From assembly GCF_050235535.1 (NCBI RefSeq), contig NZ_CP189852.1, positions 6,324,585 to 6,356,584 on the forward strand: a stretch of DNA of 32,000 nt. The letters are read 5' to 3'. A program made the position numbers and the translations under genes. The DNA is from Aliinostoc sp. HNIBRCY26. Lineage in GTDB: Bacteria; Cyanobacteriota; Cyanobacteriia; Cyanobacteriales; Nostocaceae. The notes under the pieces were generated by a model. That model ran no database searches, was not told the DNA's origin, and saw only the letters and a list, made by a program, of their open reading frames with translations. Of this stretch, positions 14,108-22,678 are shown in pieces; the first letter of the stretch is position 1, and each line of letters starts with the position of its first letter.

Positions 14108-16747
14108 CTAAGCCATCTGTCGCGCCATCAAATTCGCAAATAACCCTTGTTGTGAAACTAATTCCTCAAACTTACCTTGCTGGACAACTCGACCGGCTTC
14201 AATCACATAAATTCTGTCAGCATTGCGGATGGTACTGAGGCGATGGGCAATTACTATACGCGTGACTCCTAAATTATCTAAGCTGTTGCTGACTATAGCT
14301 TGGGTACGATTATCTAAAGCACTGGTGGCTTCATCAAAAATCAGAATTTTGGGTTTCAATACCAAAGCACGGGCTATTAATAGTCTCTGTCTTTGTCCAC
14401 CAGACAGGTTTGTACCACCCTCGGAAATGACTGTGTGCATTTCCATTGGCATTAATTGAATATCATCCGCCAACCCGGCCATGCGTGCAGCTTCCCAAGC
14501 TTCATCCATTGTCACCAATGCACCGCTAGAAATATTCTCAAAAATAGAAGCACTATTAATCCGCCCATTTTGCAGGACTACACCAATCTGTCGGCGCACT
14601 GCTGATATATCTAATCCTGATAAATCTTGACCATCGTAGTAAATTGTCCCGTCTTTTGGTGTTTCAAACCCCAACAACATCCTCATAATTGTCGATTTAC
14701 CACTGCCAGAAGGCCCTACTAAGGCAATAAACTCTCTTGCTTCAGCCTCAATGGTGACATCATCTAAATTCAGGGGGCCGTCTTCTCGATAACGGAATGT
14801 TACATGATCAATCTTGACTTTACCCGTTAACCGTCCAGGGTCGCTTTTGTTGAGATCAATTTCTGGTTGTGCTTGAAAGATGGGTTTGGCTCGTTCCCAA
14901 AAAATGCTGATGTCTAATATGCTAACTATGGTGTTACTCAGTTGTGTTGCACCCAAGATAAAGATAGCGAAGGCTGAGTTAAACGCTAAAAATGTCCCTG
15001 TGGATAATCCGGCACTGCCTTGAGACGGGGCTTGTGTAATTAATAGCACTGCCAGCCAAAAGATGATGATGGAAGTGATTGTTGGCATGACAGTATTAAA
15101 TATAGCTAAGATGTCTTCTACTACTTCTGTACTTAGTTTGAGTTTGAGTTGCTGACTATACTTTTTTGCCCAGTAAGCAAAGGCGCGGTCTTCGGCACTG
15201 CTGACACGAAGTTTAGACACGCCTGCAACCATCTGGACGGTAAAACCAAATATCTCTCCTTCTATTTCTTCTAAAACACGCAATTTCTGGCGGGTAAGTA
15301 TACCGGAGACAGTGGTAAAGATGATTGTCACCAGTGCTACTGCTAACACAACTAAAGCCAAACTAGAACTGTAGACAAACAACAGTCCCAAATTCAGCAG
15401 GGAGAAGAAACTAGTAAAGATGGTGCGTAATACTGTGTCGCCAAGTTTCTGCCGAATTTGAGTGATAGCGGAAACACGAGATTGTAAATCCCCTATGGAA
15501 TACTGCCGAAAGAAAGATACCCGCAAATTCAATAATCTATCCCACAGGGCAGCTTGGGAATCTAAACTACCTTTACTGTCTAGTCGCAGTCCGGCAAACC
15601 CTTGGGCAGTTTGAAAAACTACTGTGCCGAAAGTGGCTGCTAACAGACCTAAGCTGATTTGAAATAACAAGCCTCGGTCTGCATCAGGAATGACTGCATC
15701 GATGAGAATGGCGGTGGCTAAGGGCGTTAACATCCCTAGTAATGCGGCGATTGTTCCTGTCAGGAGGATGATGATCAGTTCTCGTATCTGTCCCTTGAAA
15801 GCAAACTTTAACACATCGATCGCAGTTAAATTTTGATCAGGTAGGGAACGATAAAACACATAGGCAAAGGGAGCTAGTTGTTGAGCCGTATAATCATTGA
15901 CAGGAATACGGGTATGATTTTCTGGGTCAAAAATTTCGTATTTTCTGGTTCCTGCTGGTAAAATCGCTACTGGGCGATTATCTTTGTGCGTATATGCCAG
16001 TAGAGGACTAGTATCCTTTAGCCACCATTGATTGTTGAGTAATACTCGCCGCATCCGAAGGCGAGAGGCACGGGCGATCGCTTCTAGGGGTTCTTTAATC
16101 CGATTCATCTCTTCGGAACGCGCCGGAGGCAAAATCTTCATGCCTAATGCCCTACCTACTGCACCTGCGGCAATTAACAGGGGTGTCCCAGTTTGTAACA
16201 GTTCTGCTTGTTTGGGTTTGAGAACCGATGCCAAATTCCCTAAAGCACCAACTTTGACTTGATGGTTAAATTGTTCTCGTGCTTGGAATTGCTCTAATTT
16301 AGTGGCTAACTCCTCTTGTTCTATCTGCACGAGAATTTGGCAAAAATCGCTGTGTAGTTGATTGAGAGTTAGTTGGATGCTATCCCAATTATTCACCTCA
16401 TCAGGATGGGAGAATATAGGAGGAATGACACAGCGATCGCCTACACAACCACAGATATTTTTCCCCCAAGTCTGCACTAACTCCAGCCACCCTTGAGACT
16501 GATCAGTTAATTGCCACAGTACAGTCTCTTCCATTGCTACGGCTAAAATTTTATGGGTCTGAGTGGCTATGCCAAACAATGCTTCCCCTGGATTGACAGC
16601 AAATAGATAACGGCGTACTCCGTCAATTCCTTCGTGAATGGGAATCGCAAACAGCGCGATCGCACCTGATTTCATCTGCCAAACGGTGTGCGGATCGTCT
16701 AATAACAAGGACTGATTGCTGGTGAGCAATAACTGGGAATCATTCAT
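14108..16747 (-). CDS. NHLP/Nif11-type bacteriocin export ABC transporter permease/ATPase subunit (no peptidase domain; cNMP-binding-like N-terminal domain)
   Basis: This is the 879-aa track ORF. About 330 aa precede the TMD, including a beta-barrel-like VWQMKSGAIALFAI...RRYLFAVNPGEALFGI stretch. A six-TM ABC exporter region follows. The ATPase motifs are Walker A GPSGSGKST, signature LSGGQRQR and Walker B ILIFDEATSALD. The architecture matches what I remember of the TIGR03797-type partner in the NHLP export trio. Confidence 0.85.
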   Translation of the reverse strand: MNDSQLLLTSNQSLLLDDPHTVWQMKSGAIALFAIPIHEGIDGVRRYLFAVNPGEALFGIATQTHKILAVAMEETVLWQLTDQSQGWLELVQTWGKNICGCVGDRCVIPPIFSHPDEVNNWDSIQLTLNQLHSDFCQILVQIEQEELATKLEQFQAREQFNHQVKVGALGNLASVLKPKQAELLQTGTPLLIAAGAVGRALGMKILPPARSEEMNRIKEPLEAIARASRLRMRRVLLNNQWWLKDTSPLLAYTHKDNRPVAILPAGTRKYEIFDPENHTRIPVNDYTAQQLAPFAYVFYRSLPDQNLTAIDVLKFAFKGQIRELIIILLTGTIAALLGMLTPLATAILIDAVIPDADRGLLFQISLGLLAATFGTVVFQTAQGFAGLRLDSKGSLDSQAALWDRLLNLRVSFFRQYSIGDLQSRVSAITQIRQKLGDTVLRTIFTSFFSLLNLGLLFVYSSSLALVVLAVALVTIIFTTVSGILTRQKLRVLEEIEGEIFGFTVQMVAGVSKLRVSSAEDRAFAYWAKKYSQQLKLKLSTEVVEDILAIFNTVMPTITSIIIFWLAVLLITQAPSQGSAGLSTGTFLAFNSAFAIFILGATQLSNTIVSILDISIFWERAKPIFQAQPEIDLNKSDPGRLTGKVKIDHVTFRYREDGPLNLDDVTIEAEAREFIALVGPSGSGKSTIMRMLLGFETPKDGTIYYDGQDLSGLDISAVRRQIGVVLQNGRINSASIFENISSGALVTMDEAWEAARMAGLADDIQLMPMEMHTVISEGGTNLSGGQRQRLLIARALVLKPKILIFDEATSALDNRTQAIVSNSLDNLGVTRIVIAHRLSTIRNADRIYVIEAGRVVQQGKFEELVSQQGLFANLMARQMA

Positions 16748-18986
16748 TTGGACTTATGGCATTTTGCAATTGCACTGCTACTTCTGGGGGTATGTTAGTA
16801 AAGCGAATATAAAAACTATTTGGTTCTGCTGTTTTGTCTAAGACTTTAGCATAGATGTCTTCAGTAATTGTGGTATGAGGGGGTAGAAAAAAGTTTAATT
16901 TTAAATTGGTAAATGGTGGCAAAACTACGGGATTTATTGTTGAATCATGGCATATTTGCGCGCCTGTGGCTGACAGCTTAACTAAGTTCCCTCTGCTCAC
17001 ACTTCTATCTACGTCTTTACCATCCAAAATTGCATACTGTAGGGGAATTGCGACTGGTAGTTGCGAAAATATTTCTGCTTCTTGTACCAGATATAAATTG
17101 TATTCTCCAGCGATGCCACCAATTTCATATATTTTTATGGGTTGTGTCACCCCTTTGGCTTGTACTTCTTTAACGTCCAAAATTTGGGCGATCGCACCAA
17201 CTTCATTAATAGTTGATTCGGAAACAAAAATTTGTCCACCAACTGTATAAGATTCAATACGATAAGTTAAATTTACTTGACTACCAATAATTCCATATTT
17301 AGTGCGTTTTTCTGAACCAATATTACCTACTACTACTTCTGCTGTATTAATCCCAATGCCCATTTCCAGTTTTGGTAATCCCATTTGCTGGATTTTTTGA
17401 TTCACCTCTGCCATTACTAACTGCATCGCTACTGCACAAGCAATTGCTCTAGTCGCATCATCATTTCTAGTAATAGGCGCACCAAATAAAACTAAAATAC
17501 CATCACCCATAAACTCATCAATAGTTCCTTGATATTGAGTAATGACATCTGCCATATATCCCAAATAAAGATTAATAATTCTCAGGACTTCTTCTGCCGA
17601 TAATCTCTCAGATGTCGCAGTAAATCCCCTTAAATCAGAAGTGAGAATTGTGATTTTTTTGCGTTCTCCACCCAGTTTTAAACCTTCAGGATTTTCTAGT
17701 AAATTGGCGACTACTTCATCGGTAAGGTAACGACCAAAGGTTTTGCGAATAGCTCCCGCAGTTCTAGCAACATAAGCAGTTACAGCAATTCCCGAACCAA
17801 TTAATGTCATTAATGGTGGGACGAAAGGAATCCACCATCCTGCCAAAAAAGCTAGATAACTAATACCTATGAGACTACATCCAGCCAGCAATAAGCTAAT
17901 AATAGGTAAAAGTGATTTTCTTTTAGAAGTGCCACTATATCTTTGTTGCCATCTTAAGGTTGCTCCTATCAATGCCCACAGAAAAATCCATAACCATTCT
18001 TGTGGTTTATTCCAAGTTTTAATTAATGGTCGATTATCTAAAGTCGCACTTAAAATTTGACTGATAGCATGAGCATGAATTGCTACGCCTGCCATGCGTT
18101 TTGGTGCTGTTAATATTGTGCTGCTGGCGGGTGTATAGAATAGGTCTTTGAGACTTTCAGCCGTGGAGCCAATTAACACAATGCGTCCCTTGAATAAATC
18201 CTGGGGTATGCGATTTTCTAACACATCTACAATTGATATCTGCTGAAAACTTGGTTGAGCATGACGATAATTGATTAGTACCTGATAACCTTGGTCTTCG
18301 GCTCGCACATAACCACCATCATTACTTGTAAATAAGGGGTAAATGACATTACCTGTTTTGACTAAAAAATCATCGGTTTGTCCGACCTCTATATGGCGAT
18401 CGCTCAAATCAAGATAAGCTAATTTAAAGGCAAAACTAAATATATTTTCTCCATTTTTATCAGCTAAATACAGTAAACTACGACGAACTTTTCCATCCCC
18501 ATCTAAAGGAAAATCGTTTGCACCTACTTGTCCGAGTTTTTTCAGTGCTGGCGGTGGTGCAACTGCTGAACTATCATCACTTTCCGCAACTTTCTGTATC
18601 CCAACTAAATTGGGTGTAGTCTCAAAGATTTTCACTAATGAATCATGACCAGAACCTACTGGTAAATCTCGATATAAATCTAGACCAATGGCACTGGGTT
18701 GTTGTTGTTTGATATTTCCTAAAATCTGGGAAAGTAAGCCATCCGGTAAAGGCCAATTACCATTTTTACCGAGCTTCTGTACATCCGATTCATTAATTTC
18801 CACAATGACAATGCGCGAGTCTAGAGATTCTGGAGGACGTAACAGAAACATTTGATCCAGTGCGGCTAATTCTAACATCTGCAATAGTCCACTCAAGCGC
18901 AGAATGAACACAAATATACCTACGCTGGGAGCAGTAATTAAGATACCGCGCCATTGCCAAATTTGTTTTTTAATTTGACTCCACAT
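16740..18986 (-). CDS. CHASE2 extracytoplasmic sensor domain / class III adenylate-guanylate cyclase, with an uncharacterised ~130-aa C-terminal extension
   Basis: This is the 748-aa track ORF. An N-terminal TM segment is followed by a ~330-aa periplasmic CHASE2-like region and then a block of TM helices (WLWIFLWALIGATL..., LLAGCSLIGISYLAFLAGWWIPFVPPLMTLIGSGIAV). The cyclase core reads ITILTSDLRGFTATSERLSAEEV...GTIDEFMGDGILVLFGAP...GINTAEVVVGNIGSEKRTKYGIIGSQVNLTYRIES. Its stop codon overlaps the ABC gene start in ATGAATGA (16740-16747). Confidence 0.9.
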   Translation of the reverse strand: MWSQIKKQIWQWRGILITAPSVGIFVFILRLSGLLQMLELAALDQMFLLRPPESLDSRIVIVEINESDVQKLGKNGNWPLPDGLLSQILGNIKQQQPSAIGLDLYRDLPVGSGHDSLVKIFETTPNLVGIQKVAESDDSSAVAPPPALKKLGQVGANDFPLDGDGKVRRSLLYLADKNGENIFSFAFKLAYLDLSDRHIEVGQTDDFLVKTGNVIYPLFTSNDGGYVRAEDQGYQVLINYRHAQPSFQQISIVDVLENRIPQDLFKGRIVLIGSTAESLKDLFYTPASSTILTAPKRMAGVAIHAHAISQILSATLDNRPLIKTWNKPQEWLWIFLWALIGATLRWQQRYSGTSKRKSLLPIISLLLAGCSLIGISYLAFLAGWWIPFVPPLMTLIGSGIAVTAYVARTAGAIRKTFGRYLTDEVVANLLENPEGLKLGGERKKITILTSDLRGFTATSERLSAEEVLRIINLYLGYMADVITQYQGTIDEFMGDGILVLFGAPITRNDDATRAIACAVAMQLVMAEVNQKIQQMGLPKLEMGIGINTAEVVVGNIGSEKRTKYGIIGSQVNLTYRIESYTVGGQIFVSESTINEVGAIAQILDVKEVQAKGVTQPIKIYEIGGIAGEYNLYLVQEAEIFSQLPVAIPLQYAILDGKDVDRSVSRGNLVKLSATGAQICHDSTINPVVLPPFTNLKLNFFLPPHTTITEDIYAKVLDKTAEPNSFYIRFTNIPPEVAVQLQNAISPNE

Positions 18987-18996
18987 GAGATTACAT

Positions 18997-19045
18997 CAAT
19001 TCGCAATTCGCAATTCGCAATTCGCAATTTGCAATTTGCAATTCG
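18997..19045. repeat. STRR-type tandem heptamer array (CAATTCG/CAATTTG x7)
   Basis: The units are caattcg x4, caatttg x2, caattcg x1. The array begins 11 nt upstream of the cyclase start codon (18986), in the DUF928-cyclase spacer. The same heptamer recurs at 31308-31371. Confidence 0.85.
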
Positions 19046-19174
19046 CATTTTTCGCATTGTAACGAGGATTTAGACCCCTACATTTTGTTAATTCAAAATT
19101 CAAAAAAGAGCATTTAACGCGTACTCTCACATTCATATCTGTGGTTTTATTGTACAATCTGGGCATTTTCTAAA

Positions 19175-19909
19175 TTATTGATTGAGCAAAGGTTGAGAAA
19201 CTAAGTTTTTTAAGCCGACTGACTCTAAAAAGGCTTGCCAATTTGCTGTGACTTGGCGATCGCTAGGATGCGCTAGACGTTGTTGTACTAAGGTATGCAA
19301 TGCTTCATGCCAAATGCCAGCATTGGCGTACACTTGGGATAGTTGCTGGGGATTTGTCCTGGCTAGCTGCTGGGATAAAGCTGGGGTGGCTGGGATACGT
19401 TCTACCCAACCATCTACGGTAATTTCTTTTTCTTCTTCAGGATTGCAGGCGATCGCAAAATACCAGTGATACTTTTTACCAACTTTCAGGCTAGATGCGC
19501 TAGATGGCAGAGTAAAACCCATAATTCCCGTTTCTTTAGGAAGTTTAACAGTTGTTTCGTAGACTACACCTTGATCATCTAGTAATGAAAAGTGTGCCGT
19601 TTGTACGCTAACCTGCGGCACAAACCAGTAAAAACTAGGACGTTCAGCCAAAGTTAAACCGAATTTATTTTGCGGTATTAAGGGCTGTATAGTTTCTTTA
19701 CTTGCTAACTCACAGAAATCTCCACGGCTTCCCCCACCAGCAGTTGTGCGGGGTGCTTGGCGATTTGGAGGGATAAATTTCTGGCTGATTTGCCCGTTTT
19801 GCCATCTTCGTGGTGATTCAGCTATGCCTTTGGGCAAACTAGAAATGCTTAATAATCCTAGAGAGAGGGAAACTGCTGTCAGATTTATAAATTTTCTTAT
19901 CAAATTCAT
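19175..19909 (-). CDS. DUF928 domain-containing secreted protein
   Basis: This is the 244-aa track ORF. It has a signal-peptide-like N-terminus (MNLIRKFINLTAVSLSLGLLSISSL). Family-typical blocks follow: FIPPNRQAPRTTAGGGSRG..C, RPSFYWFVP, LKVGKKYHWYFAIAC and YANAGIWHEAL. Confidence 0.8.
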   Translation of the reverse strand: MNLIRKFINLTAVSLSLGLLSISSLPKGIAESPRRWQNGQISQKFIPPNRQAPRTTAGGGSRGDFCELASKETIQPLIPQNKFGLTLAERPSFYWFVPQVSVQTAHFSLLDDQGVVYETTVKLPKETGIMGFTLPSSASSLKVGKKYHWYFAIACNPEEEKEITVDGWVERIPATPALSQQLARTNPQQLSQVYANAGIWHEALHTLVQQRLAHPSDRQVTANWQAFLESVGLKNLVSQPLLNQ

Positions 19910-20121
19910 ATTAAGTTAGGTTAATTTTCCAGCCTCTAAAAACAACAACTATATTTGCTAATGCCAAAGGTGATATTAATTTAAATTAATTACCTATATT
20001 AAAACTAATACTACCTGATTGTCCAAAAATAAATTTTAACTTAACTATTATGCCAACTTTACAAGCTGACATTTGATTGCAATAGATAACTTAATTTCAC
20101 TCATCATCAATTTTAGACAAT
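19910..20121. promoter_or_regulatory. Divergent promoter region between the DUF928-cyclase-ABC genes (minus) and the CNB-HlyD-ABC genes (plus)
   Basis: This is a 212-bp, very AT-rich, stop-rich spacer between divergent gene sets. It contains an AT-only 14-bp palindrome, ttaatttaaattaa, near 19976-19989. I found no recognisable CRP-type TGTGA-N6-TCACA site or NtcA GTA-N8-TAC site. Confidence 0.35.
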
Positions 20122-21162
20122 ATGGTCAGACAAATACTAGCTAATTTTCCTCATTTCCTAGCTTTGGGAGATAGAGATATTGATTGGATGCTTAGTGTAA
20201 GTAGATTCATAGAATATCATACGGATGAAGTTCTGATTCAAGAAGGTCAAGCAGTTATCAATACGATAGAAATTTTATTAGCAGGTGCATTAAGTGTTCG
20301 TGTTTCTCCCACTGGAAATATAGAAGATGCGGTGGAAATTGATCGGGTAGCGGCGGGAGAAATTGCCGAATCTCTATCTTTTATAGATCATCGTCCCCCT
20401 TCTATTAGTTGCATAGCCTTAGAAAACTCACGCGTGTTATCGCTACCTCGACTGGCATTAATTCAAAAGTTAGAGCAAGATAAAGCATTTGCTGCTCGTT
20501 TTTATCAAATGCTGTCTATGTCACTATCAAAGCAATTGCGAAGATTAACTGATTTTCTTGCTAAAAATAACGTTGTTCCTGGTGAACCATTACGCAAAGT
20601 TTTATTTGTATTTGCCATCTTGAATGATAGCGATATTGATTGGATGATTTCCCAAGGAATCAGACAGCAAGTTAATCCGGGAACGATCCTGATTGAGGAA
20701 GGTAAACCTGTTGAGGCATTATATATATTATTAGATGGTAAATTAGGAATTTTTGTTAGCACACCACAGAATGAACTGACTCAAAAGGAAATTGCTAAAT
20801 CAGTCAAAGGTGAAATTCTAGGAGAAATGTCTTTTGTAGAAATGACAAATGCTTCTGCCACAGTTAAAGCCGGAGAATCTTCAGTGTTATTGGCACTACC
20901 ACAGGCAATATTAGCAGCAAAATTAAAGCAGGATACAGGATTTACAGCCCGTTTTTATCGAGCGATCGCGGTGGTTTTAACAGATAGAATCCGTGATCGA
21001 TTATTCCGGCGAGGATTTGGCAAATTAGCTTACCAATTAGATGAACTTTTATCTGAAAATATCGAAGTTGAAGATGAAATCGACTTAGATACATTAGACA
21101 ATACTGCCCTAGCAGGTGCTAGATTTGACTGGATGATTAAACGACTCAATAGGCAATCTTGA
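20122..21162 (+). CDS. Protein with two tandem cyclic-nucleotide-binding-like (CAP effector-type) domains and no output domain
   Basis: This is the 346-aa track ORF. Two repeats follow the CNB beta-barrel pattern. The first is LIQEGQAV...LLAGALSVRV...AAGEIAESLSFIDHRPPSISCIALENSRVLSL. The second is LIEEGKPVEALYILLDGKLGIFV...KGEILGEMSFVEMTNASATVKAGESSVLLAL. In my hand alignment the phosphate-binding-cassette Arg appears substituted in both repeats (P and A). Confidence 0.75.
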   Translation: MVRQILANFPHFLALGDRDIDWMLSVSRFIEYHTDEVLIQEGQAVINTIEILLAGALSVRVSPTGNIEDAVEIDRVAAGEIAESLSFIDHRPPSISCIALENSRVLSLPRLALIQKLEQDKAFAARFYQMLSMSLSKQLRRLTDFLAKNNVVPGEPLRKVLFVFAILNDSDIDWMISQGIRQQVNPGTILIEEGKPVEALYILLDGKLGIFVSTPQNELTQKEIAKSVKGEILGEMSFVEMTNASATVKAGESSVLLALPQAILAAKLKQDTGFTARFYRAIAVVLTDRIRDRLFRRGFGKLAYQLDELLSENIEVEDEIDLDTLDNTALAGARFDWMIKRLNRQS

Positions 21163-21204
21163 ACAACAAAAGGTCAACTATACCCAATTCCAAGCTCCAA
21201 ATAA

Positions 21205-22644
21205 ATGGCTGATAAAGAAAGTATATTTCGCAAAGAATCACTGGAGCGGTTATCTTCTCCAGAAAGATTGGATCAATTAATGCAAATAGTTAACCCTTTA
21301 GATTGGCTACCTTTGGCCACTTTGGGTGGTTTTATCGTTTTGGGGTTAGTTTGGAGTATCTTTGGCCGGATTCCCATTACAGTGTCAGGTAAGGGAATAC
21401 TGATTAAACCTAATCAAGTTGTAACTTTTGAGTCTCCCATCTCTGGACAATTGAAAAGTCTGAATGTGAAAACCGGACAATGTATCGAAAAAGGACATAT
21501 TATTGCCACAATTGATCCTACTGATCTCAAACAACAATTGCGGCTCCAACGCTCCAAATTGGCGCAATTACAAACACAAGAACGGGATTCTATTTTACTT
21601 CAGCGACAACGTACCGCCAAGGAAAAAGAAGCGATCGCATCTGCTAGAGCCAGTTACATTCAACGGTTGCGAGATACCCAAACTCTCACGCCTGCGTTTT
21701 ATGAAAAAGGCTTAAATGCGATTCGTCAACAGCGTATTAGTTTACAGCAACGCCTCAAGGATGCTACGGAACTTGTACCTGTCCTGCAAGATAGATTTCA
21801 GAAACGTCAGCAGCTTTTAGATGCAGGCGCAATTGCTAAAGATACCGTGTTACAAGCAGAGCAAGAATATAAACAAGGGTTACAAACCGTCTATGATATC
21901 CAAGCACAACTCAAGCAGTTAGATGTGCAAGAAACAGAAGCACAGCAGAGATACTTAGGAAATCTCAGTTCTGTCGGTGAATTGCAAGCACAATTAAAAG
22001 ACTTAGAAACGAGGAGTAAACGTATTGATCAAGAAAACGCAGAAAATATTAATACTAAAGTTAATCAAATTCAGGATACCAATCGAGCGATCGCCCAACT
22101 AGAAAAACAAATATTAGATAATAGTCAAATTATTAGCCTCAGTAGTGGTTGTGTATTAGAAGTTTCAACTTTTGTTGGTCAAGTTGCTAGTCCCGGAACT
22201 CCGCTTGTATCTGTCAACACCAGCAACAACAACACTCCCCTCATTGCCATCTCCTACTTTAACGTCAAAGATGGCAAACTGATTCAACCAGGAATGACCC
22301 TACAAATTACCCCCGACTCCGTCAAAAGAGAACGCTTCGGTGGTATTGTGGCTCAAGTCACCTCTGTTTCCTCTTTACCTGTAACTAAAGAAGGTGCAAA
22401 TTCGCTGATTGGCAATCCTGACTTAGTGTCAAAAATCTTACCAACTGGCGGCGGAGATATGGAAGTGCGAGCAGAAATGGTCATTGACTCATCTACCTTT
22501 AGCGGTTATCGTTGGTCTTCCTCCCAGGGGCCAAAATTAAACATTTCTGCGGGAACAACTACCACTGTGCGGGTAAAAGTAGCAGAGCAGGCCCCCATTA
22601 CTTTTGTTTTGCCCATTCTCCGCGAATTTACTGGAATTAACTAA
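21205..22644 (+). CDS. HlyD-family membrane fusion/secretion protein of the NHLP-type bacteriocin export system
   Basis: This is the 479-aa track ORF. The N-terminus FRKESLERLSSPERLDQLMQIVNPLDWLPLATLG is followed by a TM segment, a long coiled-coil (QLRLQRSKLAQLQTQE...QLKDLETRSKRIDQE), and a beta-barrel C-terminus. As I remember it, this matches the TIGR03794-type family. Confidence 0.85.
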   Translation: MADKESIFRKESLERLSSPERLDQLMQIVNPLDWLPLATLGGFIVLGLVWSIFGRIPITVSGKGILIKPNQVVTFESPISGQLKSLNVKTGQCIEKGHIIATIDPTDLKQQLRLQRSKLAQLQTQERDSILLQRQRTAKEKEAIASARASYIQRLRDTQTLTPAFYEKGLNAIRQQRISLQQRLKDATELVPVLQDRFQKRQQLLDAGAIAKDTVLQAEQEYKQGLQTVYDIQAQLKQLDVQETEAQQRYLGNLSSVGELQAQLKDLETRSKRIDQENAENINTKVNQIQDTNRAIAQLEKQILDNSQIISLSSGCVLEVSTFVGQVASPGTPLVSVNTSNNNTPLIAISYFNVKDGKLIQPGMTLQITPDSVKRERFGGIVAQVTSVSSLPVTKEGANSLIGNPDLVSKILPTGGGDMEVRAEMVIDSSTFSGYRWSSSQGPKLNISAGTTTTVRVKVAEQAPITFVLPILREFTGIN

Positions 22645-22678
22645 ACAAATCTAGCGATTCTGTTCCCTCCCTTGAGCA

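Noticed and set aside
16740-17150. The ~130-aa C-terminal extension of the CHASE2 cyclase, considered as a PilZ (c-di-GMP-binding) domain because of DRSVSRGNLVKLSATGAQI
   Set aside because: The RxxxR-like and xxSxxG-like strings are only 5 residues apart, whereas canonical PilZ domains have ~20-30. The D/N position is a Lys. The resemblance is too weak without a profile or structure search, so I leave the region as 'uncharacterised extension'.
18997-19045. The heptamer arrays (also at 10461-10553 and 31308-31371), considered as a possible CRISPR array
   Set aside because: The units are 7 nt long and directly tandem with no spacers. There are no 25-40-nt repeats and no cas genes. These are STRR-type microsatellites.
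19700-19760. The GGGSRG / GGGIRG motif of the DUF928 proteins, considered as a PatS/HetN-like RGSGR heterocyst-inhibitor peptide
   Set aside because: The residue order differs: G-G-G-S-R-G rather than R-G-[ST]-G-R. No ERGSGR/HRGTGR-type string is present, so I cannot support a link to PatS-type signalling.
19986-20072. A 28-codon minus-strand ORF (MSACKVGIIVKLKFIFGQSGSISFNIGN) and other tiny ORFs in the 19910-20121 spacer, considered as exporter substrates
   Set aside because: The DNA here is AT-rich promoter sequence. The ORFs have no double-glycine leader and no NHLP/Nif11-like sequence. They are indistinguishable from chance ORFs.
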